A program made the translations under genes and the position numbers. From Candidatus Methylomirabilales bacterium (GTDB lineage Bacteria; Methylomirabilota; Methylomirabilia; Methylomirabilales; CSP1-5), in assembly GCA_046758505.1 (NCBI GenBank), contig JBHIAH010000034.1, positions 1 through 25,801 of the forward strand: a DNA stretch of 25,801 nucleotides, written 5' to 3'. Under the pieces are notes generated by a model that did no database searches, had not been told where the DNA came from, and saw nothing but the letters and a program-made list of their open reading frames with translations. Position 1 is the stretch's first letter. Each line of letters starts with the position of its first letter. Below are positions 19,618 to 25,801 of the stretch, one piece after another.

Positions 19618-20107
19618 CTCCCCCGCCAGGCGCTGGGTCTTGGTGCTTCCCTTCCTGCTCTTGGCCACGACTCCCCGCCTCGGCCACGCCCAGGAGATCG
19701 GAAAACTCCAGGAGATGGAGGTGCTGGGAGTCATGGCCGATCCCGGCGGACAGACGCGCATCCTCCTCCGCAGCAGGCGTGACAAGCGAGGCCTCTCCAT
19801 GATCATCGGGCAATTTGAGGCGGTGGGGATCGCGCTCCCCCTGGAAGGGGTGACGCCGCCACGACCGTACACCCATGATCTGATCCTGAACCTGCTCCAT
19901 CGCTTCGAAGCGACCGTGGCCCGGGCAGTGATCACCGAGCTCAAGGAGAATACCTTTTACGCCACCCTGGTCCTCCAGGTGCACGATCGAGAGGTGCTGA
20001 TTGACTCCCGGCCGAGCGACGCTGTCGCCCTGGCCCTCCGCGCCGGCGCACCAATTCTGGCGACAGAGTCGGTGCTCGCGGCCCAACAAGCGGGGGCGCA
20101 CCCGTGA
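19607..20107 (+). CDS. bifunctional nuclease domain protein (DUF151) with predicted N-terminal signal peptide
   Basis: IIGQFEA..IA, PRPYTHDL, FYATL, IDSRPSDAVALALR. SD GAAGGAG. N-terminus RRWVLVLPFLLLA..GHA. Confidence 0.87.
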   Translation: MASSSPARRWVLVLPFLLLATTPRLGHAQEIGKLQEMEVLGVMADPGGQTRILLRSRRDKRGLSMIIGQFEAVGIALPLEGVTPPRPYTHDLILNLLHRFEATVARAVITELKENTFYATLVLQVHDREVLIDSRPSDAVALALRAGAPILATESVLAAQQAGAHP

Positions 20108-20511
20108 CGCAGGAACCGGAGTACCCCCGGGCCTCCCTCCGGGTCCGGATCGCCTATGCCGAAGCCCACTACGCCGGGGGGCTCGTTGCCGGATCGCACA
20201 TCCTCCGCCTCTTCGGCAACCTGGCCACCGAGCTGACCATCCGGTACGATGGGGATGAGGGGCTCCTCCGCGCCTACGAATCGGTAGAGTTTTTCGTCCC
20301 CATGTACGGCGGGGACTTCATCGAGGCGCGGGGAAGGATCCTTTCGATCGGGCGGACGTCCCGGCGCATGGCCTTCGAGGCCCATAAGGTCGTCAGCGCT
20401 GACGGGTCGGGTCCACGCCCCTCTTCTGCCCGGGTGATTGATCCCCCCGTCCTGGTGGCCCAGGCCGTGGCCACCAGCGTGGTCTCCCAGGACCGACAAC
20501 ACCCGGTCTGA
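20104..20511 (+). CDS. hotdog-fold protein, 3-aminobutyryl-CoA ammonia-lyase (Kal)-like
   Basis: AHYAGGLVAG, ATEL.IRYDGDEGL.RAY..VEF, GDFIEA.G, GRTSR.M.FEA. GTGA overlap with the DUF151 gene. Confidence 0.8.
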   Translation: MTQEPEYPRASLRVRIAYAEAHYAGGLVAGSHILRLFGNLATELTIRYDGDEGLLRAYESVEFFVPMYGGDFIEARGRILSIGRTSRRMAFEAHKVVSADGSGPRPSSARVIDPPVLVAQAVATSVVSQDRQHPV

Positions 20512-20518
20512 AATCTCC

Positions 20519-21046
20519 ATGGCCCGCGCACACCTCATCACCGGTCCCCCTGGAGTCGGAAAGACATCCCTCCTCCTCTCCCTGCTGGAGACCCTCCCGG
20601 GGCGCAAAGGGGGCTTCTATACCCGTGAAATTCGCGACCGGGGACAGCGAATCGGATTTCAGGTCACGGATCTCGCCGGTCGCGAAGGCGTCCTCGCCCA
20701 TGTCAGATATCCGGGACCCCCCCGGGTTGGACGGTACGGGGTGGACCTCGAAACCTTTGAAGCGATCGGCGTGCAGGCGATTGCTCGGGCCCTGCACGAC
20801 GCCGACCTCATCGTAATCGACGAGATCGGTTCGATGGAGCTCTACTCGCCTGCATTCCAGAGGGTCCTCTTCGCGATCCTGGAGGGCCCGCGACCGCTGC
20901 TGGCCACCATCCTGGCGAAGCCTCACCCGATCGCAGACCGGATCAAAGCCCAGCCCGATGCACGGCTCCAGCGGCTCACGCCGGCGAACCGACGGGAGGT
21001 CGGCCAGGCCATCACGGCGGATCTCACCCGCCTGCTTACCCGCTGA
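20519..21046 (+). CDS. nucleoside-triphosphatase, THEP1/NTPase_1 family
   Basis: LITGPPGVGKT, GGFYTREIR..GQRIGF, RVGRYGVD, IVIDEIGSMEL. Start trimmed to ATG 20519. Confidence 0.9.
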   Translation: MARAHLITGPPGVGKTSLLLSLLETLPGRKGGFYTREIRDRGQRIGFQVTDLAGREGVLAHVRYPGPPRVGRYGVDLETFEAIGVQAIARALHDADLIVIDEIGSMELYSPAFQRVLFAILEGPRPLLATILAKPHPIADRIKAQPDARLQRLTPANRREVGQAITADLTRLLTR

Positions 21047-21133
21047 GCCGCATCGTGGCCGGGCGGGGTTTCCTATTGACGAAGCCCACTCGGCTTGGGT
21101 ACCGTGAAACGAGACATCCGCCAAGGGGCATCG

Positions 21134-21550
21134 ATGGCGAGGCGGTACTTCACGATCGAGGAAGCCAATACCCTCCTTCCTGAGCTGCGAGTGATCCTCG
21201 AGCAACTCCAGGCGCGGCGCCGGGAACTGGAGGACCGACAGCAGGCCTTGGAGGCGATCCGTCACCAGGCCGGTGAAAACGGCTACCGACTGGGCGGGGA
21301 TGAATTCCTCCATCTCAAGCGAGAGGCCGAGTTTATCCTGGAAGAATGCAACACCGCGATCACGAAGATTGAAGCCCTGGGATGCCTCCTCAAGGACCTG
21401 CACCTGGGTCTCATTGATTTTCCCTCTCTGCGCGAGGGCCAGGAGGTCTTCCTCTGTTGGAAGCCGGATGAGGCAGAGGTGGCGCACTGGCACAGCCTCA
21501 CCGAAGGCTTCGCAGGTCGAAAGCCGATCCGGTCCCACCCGATCTCGTAA
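21134..21550 (+). CDS. DUF2203 domain protein
   Basis: RYFTIEEANTLLP, LKDL..GLIDFP, VFLCWK..E..VAHWH...EGFAGRKPI. Upstream TTGACG-N18-TACCGT (21076-21105). Confidence 0.88.
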   Translation: MARRYFTIEEANTLLPELRVILEQLQARRRELEDRQQALEAIRHQAGENGYRLGGDEFLHLKREAEFILEECNTAITKIEALGCLLKDLHLGLIDFPSLREGQEVFLCWKPDEAEVAHWHSLTEGFAGRKPIRSHPIS

Positions 21551-21578
21551 CCCGTGCCTCGCCGGGACCGATTATCCC

Positions 21579-21608
21579 TTGACAACGAGGGGGCGGCGGT
21601 GCTGGAAT
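21579..21608 (+). promoter_or_regulatory. putative promoter of the E2-E1-Ubl operon
   Basis: TTGACA (21579-21584)-N18-TGGAAT (21603-21608), the latter preceded by TG-n. Confidence 0.5.
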
Positions 21609-21666
21609 ACAGCTACCTTCCATCACCAAACGGCATTCTCCCTGGTCTTGGGTAGGGATAGACTCC

Positions 21667-22926
21667 GTGTACAGGCGTTGGGTATCGGCCGAGGGAACGG
21701 ATGTCCCTTCCCCTTCCCAGGCTACCCCCCAGGGCAAGAGCCCCGAGGGGGGGCCGTGCATTCCGTCCGAGTTCTTTCTCTTCGAATGCGGAAAGGGGGC
21801 AGGCCCCCCCTCTGCGTGTCCTCCCGTGCTTGGCTCCCTCCCCGAGGTCCTGCGGCACTACGCCGAGAGGCTCAGGACACCCTTTGCGTTTCTGGGGAGT
21901 GGCAGTCGGTACTCCAGGCCCCACCGCGGAGACGCCATCACCCTTCACCACTTCGCCCTGCCGACCCCGCCGGTCCTGTTCGGGATCTGGGCCCGCATTC
22001 CGCAGAGTCGCCTCCCCTTGGCTTTCGGCTATCCCATCGCGCCGGCGGCCCAGCACGCCTTTCCCGCTGGCTCTCACCTTGGACGAGGACGGGTTTTGAA
22101 AGACCAGGAAGGGCGCGCCGTCGGGGAGATCGTCGAGGGGAACATCTACGTCCTCTTTAACCTCCTCGGCCAAGATGGAGAACTCAGGTCGCTTCTGCTG
22201 CGGCGACTGCTCGACCTGGGCCTTCCCCGCCTCCTGAAAGAGCTCGCCACCCTCTCCGCCCTCGGACCGGAGCCCCTCCAGGCCGCTCTGGAGACCCTGC
22301 GACAGGAGACCGACGGCCTCGCGGCGACGTGGGACCGCGAGCGCCAGGCCAACGTCCGGCAGGCCTATGTGCGGGAATGTCGAAGTCGCGTCCAAGAGGA
22401 GACCACCTTTCTGGAAGAGGAGACGCGCTTCATCGAGGAGACCCTGGAAGAGTACGCGCGTCGGATCACCGCCGAGACCCGGCGGCTCCACACCTACCAG
22501 CAGCGTCTCAACACGCTCCGGGGCAGCCCGTCCGCGCATGCGCAACACCTCAGAGACCTGGACCGGCTCAAGGAGCTTCCTGAGGTTCGCGAGGTCCGGA
22601 TTCAGGATGGCCGCATCACGATCTTCACCGCCCCGCTCCGGGCGGAGTATGGCGGCCGTGCGTATCACCTGGGGAGTTACCGGATCGAGATCTCCTTTGC
22701 CGGCGACATCCGAATCCGCAATCTCACCAACGCCCTCGGCGCGTACGACCACCCGCATATCTATCAGGGCCGGCCCTGCCTCGGCAACATTCGGGAGGGG
22801 GTCGCCAGGATGATCGGAGAGTACCAATTTGTGGCCGCCGTCTACGTCCTCCTCGACTTTTTGAAGACGGTCAACCCGAAGGATTGGCGCATTCCAATCG
22901 TGTACTGGCAGGAGGGAGGACCGTGA
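21667..22926 (+). CDS. hypothetical protein: N-terminal domain, coiled coil and C-terminal E2 (UBC)-like domain
   Basis: Long ORF with a charged helical segment (ALETLRQE...QQRLNTLR), then beta-strand-like segments, HPHIYQGRPCLG and amphipathic helices. The start is uncertain (GTG 21667, or GTG 21826). Confidence 0.7.
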   Translation: MYRRWVSAEGTDVPSPSQATPQGKSPEGGPCIPSEFFLFECGKGAGPPSACPPVLGSLPEVLRHYAERLRTPFAFLGSGSRYSRPHRGDAITLHHFALPTPPVLFGIWARIPQSRLPLAFGYPIAPAAQHAFPAGSHLGRGRVLKDQEGRAVGEIVEGNIYVLFNLLGQDGELRSLLLRRLLDLGLPRLLKELATLSALGPEPLQAALETLRQETDGLAATWDRERQANVRQAYVRECRSRVQEETTFLEEETRFIEETLEEYARRITAETRRLHTYQQRLNTLRGSPSAHAQHLRDLDRLKELPEVREVRIQDGRITIFTAPLRAEYGGRAYHLGSYRIEISFAGDIRIRNLTNALGAYDHPHIYQGRPCLGNIREGVARMIGEYQFVAAVYVLLDFLKTVNPKDWRIPIVYWQEGGP

Positions 22927-23603
22927 GGCCCGGCCACCCCATGGAATTCCTGCGACAGTTGGATCTGGTCAGTCCGGAGACGCTCGACTTTCCGATCCAC
23001 CTCATCGGCTGCGGCGGGATCGGGTCCTTCACGGCCCTCGTACTCTCAAAGATGGGGGCGCACCCCTTGTATCTCTATGATCCCGACGGGATCGAGGAGC
23101 ATAACCTGCCGAACCAACTCTTTCGCCTCAAGGATGTGGGACGCCCCAAGGTTGAGGCCCTCCGCGAGATCCTCGAGGAATTCTCCGGCGCCCCGGTCGA
23201 GGGACTGCCGGTGGAGGTGGAGGCCCGTCGCATGCTCGGAGTCGTGATCTCGGGGGTCGACAGCATGCGGGCCCGGAAGGCCATCTGGCTCCGATCCATC
23301 CGGTACCGGGCCGGCGTGCTCCGATACCTGGACGCCAGAATGGGCGTCGAGATGGCGCGAGTCTACGCCGTGAATCCCACCAACCCCGATGACATCCGGT
23401 GGTACGAAAAGAGTCTCTACACCGACGAGGAGGCCGAGATCCTCCCGTGTACCGCGGCGGCCATCAGCTACAATGGATTTGCCGTCGCCAGCCTGATCGG
23501 GAACCTGATCAAGCGCCTGGCAACCGGCGAGGATCTCCCCCGCGAGATCCTCCTCGATCTCAAGACCCTGACTCTGCTCACCAGCTCGGGCGACCGATGC
23601 TGA
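22923..23603 (+). CDS. ThiF/E1-like adenylyltransferase
   Basis: RQ, IGCGGIGS, YDPDGIEEHNLPNQ, GRPKVEAL, GVDSMRAR, DARMG, PCT. SD GGAGG and GTGA overlap with the upstream gene. Confidence 0.9.
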   Translation: MRPGHPMEFLRQLDLVSPETLDFPIHLIGCGGIGSFTALVLSKMGAHPLYLYDPDGIEEHNLPNQLFRLKDVGRPKVEALREILEEFSGAPVEGLPVEVEARRMLGVVISGVDSMRARKAIWLRSIRYRAGVLRYLDARMGVEMARVYAVNPTNPDDIRWYEKSLYTDEEAEILPCTAAAISYNGFAVASLIGNLIKRLATGEDLPREILLDLKTLTLLTSSGDRC

Positions 23604-23619
23604 ACAAAGGAGGGAGATC

Positions 23620-23853
23620 ATGACGACGGATCTCTTAGAGCGGGAACGAACGGTGGCGGTCAAGGTGGTGGTGATGGGAAAGAATGTGACCACGTACGTC
23701 GGCCCGGAGCCGCTCTCGCTCGACGCCCTGTTAACGGAGATGGGAACCAACGGAAACACGGAGGTGCGGGTCAACGGCGTCACCGTCGAGAAGACCCACC
23801 GGCTCGCCCCCGGGGACATGGTGCTCATCGTCCCCAAGATTCGGGGGGGCTGA
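23620..23853 (+). CDS. ubiquitin-like beta-grasp protein (ThiS/MoaD-like) ending in di-glycine
   Basis: 77 aa. VRVNG...L.PGD.V.IVPKIRGG-stop. SD AAAGGAGG. Confidence 0.88.
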   Translation: MTTDLLERERTVAVKVVVMGKNVTTYVGPEPLSLDALLTEMGTNGNTEVRVNGVTVEKTHRLAPGDMVLIVPKIRGG

Positions 23854-23895
23854 TCGTCCCTTCTCCCCGTCTTGGTGGGGCCCCGCGCCTCTGCG

Positions 23896-24330
23896 TCAGT
23901 AGGGCCGGATGTAGCTCCGGTGGCACTTCCGGCAGGTCTGCACGAGCCGGCTGAGGCGGGGCCGGACCTCATCGAACCGCTCTCGCCCCGCCGAGGCGGC
24001 CAGCGCCTCTGCGGCCTCCCGGAGGTCTTGCGCAAAGGCCGTGAAGGAGGGCACCTCTTCGGGGGTGACGGGCTGCGCGCGACTGGGGGAGTGAAAACTG
24101 CCGGGAGGGAACAACGGGACAATGCGATTGGCCCGCGCCGCAATGTGCCTGGCCCCCTGCTCGACCATGTCCGCCTCCCCACGGGCGAGCCCGTCCCAGA
24201 TCGCCTGCAGGGCGTTGCCAAGGTCGCGCATCAGGGCTCGGCGCTCCTCGATCACGCCCGCCGCTCCGTCAGCCGCAGCCAGAAAGCTCGAGAGGACAAG
24301 AAATCCCACCAGCCACCGGGGCCCGCTCAC
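23896..24330 (-). CDS. class II cytochrome c (c'/c556-like), periplasmic
   Basis: Signal-like N-terminus, ERRALMR, LFPPGS, and a single C-terminal CxxCH (CRKCH). Confidence 0.85.
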   Translation of the reverse strand: MSGPRWLVGFLVLSSFLAAADGAAGVIEERRALMRDLGNALQAIWDGLARGEADMVEQGARHIAARANRIVPLFPPGSFHSPSRAQPVTPEEVPSFTAFAQDLREAAEALAASAGRERFDEVRPRLSRLVQTCRKCHRSYIRPY

Positions 24331-24722
24331 GGGTGATCCCCTCGCCCACTCGGGGGAGCCAACCAGATTAGCTTCTTCTCCGCGACGAACACATAGGTGA
24401 TTTCCGCGAGCAGGACGGCAAAGAGGAGCTCTTTCAGGGGCGGGGAGACGTCATACTTCTCCATGTGCTCCCGGGCGATCTCCTCGACCTGATGGGCGTC
24501 CGGCAGGCCCCACGGAAAACCCGGGAACAGCTCCTCGAGGGCCGCCTTGAGGATGATCCTCCCGTGGTCCCTCAGGTGATACACGGCCAGCAGGGACAAT
24601 GTCTCGCTGATCAGCGCTTGGTCCTCTTCTGAGACGCCGTAGTGTTGAAAGATCTTGTCCCGGACAAAAACGGCCATCTGAAATTCGTGCTCGGAATAGC
24701 CCCGCCATCCCGCCTCTGCCAT
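24327..24722 (-). CDS. hypothetical helical protein
   Basis: SD GGAGGT before ATG 24722, protein-like composition, GTGA overlap with the cytochrome c gene. Confidence 0.65.
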   Translation of the reverse strand: MAEAGWRGYSEHEFQMAVFVRDKIFQHYGVSEEDQALISETLSLLAVYHLRDHGRIILKAALEELFPGFPWGLPDAHQVEEIAREHMEKYDVSPPLKELLFAVLLAEITYVFVAEKKLIWLAPPSGRGDHP

Positions 24723-24783
24723 GGACACCTCCGGAAAGAGACCACACCGCACCCGCGTTTGCGAGGCAGGAGAAACTCCCCGC

Positions 24784-24862
24784 ATCTTAGCAACTCCCTC
24801 GGACGTGAGCAAATTTTTTCCTCCCTTTTCCCTTGCCAGACGGTAGCAAGACCGCATATAGT
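24784..24862. promoter_or_regulatory. divergent sigma70 promoter pair
   Basis: Minus strand TTGCTC-N17-TAAGAT (24812-24784). Plus strand TTGCCA-N18-TATAGT (24833-24862). Confidence 0.5.
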
Positions 24863-24949
24863 GAAGAGGAGTGTGTGCCCCAACGCCGGGGCAAGCGATG
24901 CAGAAGGTTCTCTCTTGGATGGCGGCCCGGCCACAGGAGCGTCGTCTGC

Positions 24950-25420
24950 ATGAGCGTGGACCACATCAGTCGGACCGTCGGAAGCGTTCTCATCACCCTG
25001 CTCCTTCTCGCTTCCGGCTGCGCGTCCGCCCCAAAGCCAGAGACGGCACGCCCCCTGGAAGGCCCTGCAGATATCCCCATCCCCGCCGGCTTTCAGAAGA
25101 TCGACAAGGAATCGGTCCTCATCGCCTTCAGCGGATTTCAGGCAGGCCTGGTGGTGTACGAGGGGGAGCGCGAGCCTTCGTGGGTCGTGGATTTTTATCG
25201 CGGCGTCCTTCCGTCACAGGGATGGAGCTTGGTGGCAAGCTTCATCAGCCAGGAGACGATCCTCCTGTTCACCAAAGAGCGTCAGGCCTGCGTCATCAGC
25301 GTGTCCGGCAGCCGCTCCTCCACCCGCCTCGAGGTGCGGGTGGGCATCGTGGAGCCGGTCGCGGGAGGGTCCTCGCCCTCCCCTGGGCCGTCCCAACCAG
25401 CACCCGGCACACCCCGCTAG
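24950..25420 (+). CDS. putative lipoprotein of unknown function
   Basis: AGGAG upstream, hydrophobic core and lipobox LASG-C, motif FYR..LPSQGW. Confidence 0.75.
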   Translation: MSVDHISRTVGSVLITLLLLASGCASAPKPETARPLEGPADIPIPAGFQKIDKESVLIAFSGFQAGLVVYEGEREPSWVVDFYRGVLPSQGWSLVASFISQETILLFTKERQACVISVSGSRSSTRLEVRVGIVEPVAGGSSPSPGPSQPAPGTPR

Positions 25421-25427
25421 TTTTGAT

Positions 25428-25596
25428 CGATGACCGTTGACCGACGACCGATGACCGTCCATCCCGTTCATGATTCATGGTTCATAGTTCATAATTCATG
25501 GATGGTGGTTGGTGAGTGGTGTTCAGTAATTGGTGAAAACCACCAGTCACTGGTCACTGGCCACCAGCCACTTTCTGCCCGTCGGTCGTCGGTGGT
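25428..25596. repeat. compound element of three heptamer repeat families
   Basis: CGAYGAC-like x4, TTCATRN x5 (25467-25501), TGGTGRN arm with complementary CCACCAG/TCACTGG arm, closing CGTCGGT x2. Confidence 0.85.
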
Positions 25597-25680
25597 TCCC
25601 CGTCGCAACCCGACGCCGGGTCGTGGCCCCGGCGTGCCTACTTTCGCCCAGCAGGAAATCCTTGGGGAAATCCCTGACGC

Positions 25681-25709
25681 TTGACACCCGCTGAGAAGCA
25701 GGGGATACT
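25681..25709 (+). promoter_or_regulatory. putative sigma70 promoter
   Basis: TTGACA-N17-GATACT. Confidence 0.55.
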
Positions 25710-25762
25710 TGATACTTGAGCGCGCCCCGGAGAGAGTGATGAAACCGACCACCGGAGGGCCC

Positions 25763-25801
25763 ATGGCCGAGTATCGGCGACGCGAGGAGTCAGGGCACGA
25801 G
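25763..25801 (+). CDS. 5' end of a gene running off the window (product unknown)
   Basis: GGAGG SD, then ATG GCC GAG TAT... open to the window edge. Confidence 0.45.
   Translation, partial: MAEYRRREESGHE

Noticed and set aside
22923..23853. Plain thiF-thiS or moeB-moaD cofactor module
   Set aside because: No thiG, thiO, moaE or other sulfur-acceptor gene is adjacent, the E1 lacks the zinc CxxC pairs, and it is translationally coupled to an E2-motif gene. Disfavoured, but not formally excluded.
21550..23900. Ubl operon as part of a prophage or mobile island
   Set aside because: No integrase, transposase, att-like repeats or obvious compositional shift is visible in the window.
25430..25764. 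Small ORFs with VHDSWFI/GHRSS-type repeats
   Set aside because: These are translations of the heptamer arrays, with no evidence of being genes.

Overview
GC-rich (roughly 65% by eye) bacterial chromosomal window. Its gene content and style are loosely reminiscent of NC10/Methylomirabilota or Nitrospira-like lineages (inference only). The first 18 kb is mostly housekeeping. It holds pncA on the + strand, then a long minus-strand run: rng, rplU, rpmA, obgE, proB, proA, nadD, rsfS, a dksA-like gene, comF, gap, pgk, tpiA, secG and a peptide ABC transporter (SBP plus two permeases, no ATPase in the window). From 18.3 kb, a + strand accessory cluster encodes a cyclophilin-like protein, a PmtA-like methyltransferase, a signal-peptide-bearing DUF151 protein, a Kal-like hotdog protein, a THEP1 NTPase and DUF2203. 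The best candidate for an undescribed system is a compact three-gene operon at about 21.6-23.9 kb. It encodes a coiled-coil protein ending in an E2-like HPHxxxGxPCLG module, a zinc-less ThiF/E1-like adenylase with a PCT cysteine, and a 77-aa beta-grasp protein ending in IRGG. No sulfur-relay partner and no JAB protease lie nearby, so it looks like a minimal bacterial ubiquitin-like conjugation system. Two further structures stand out: intergenic inverted arrays of degenerate 7-bp repeats at seven gene junctions (some compound or nested), and a long structured leader upstream of rng.
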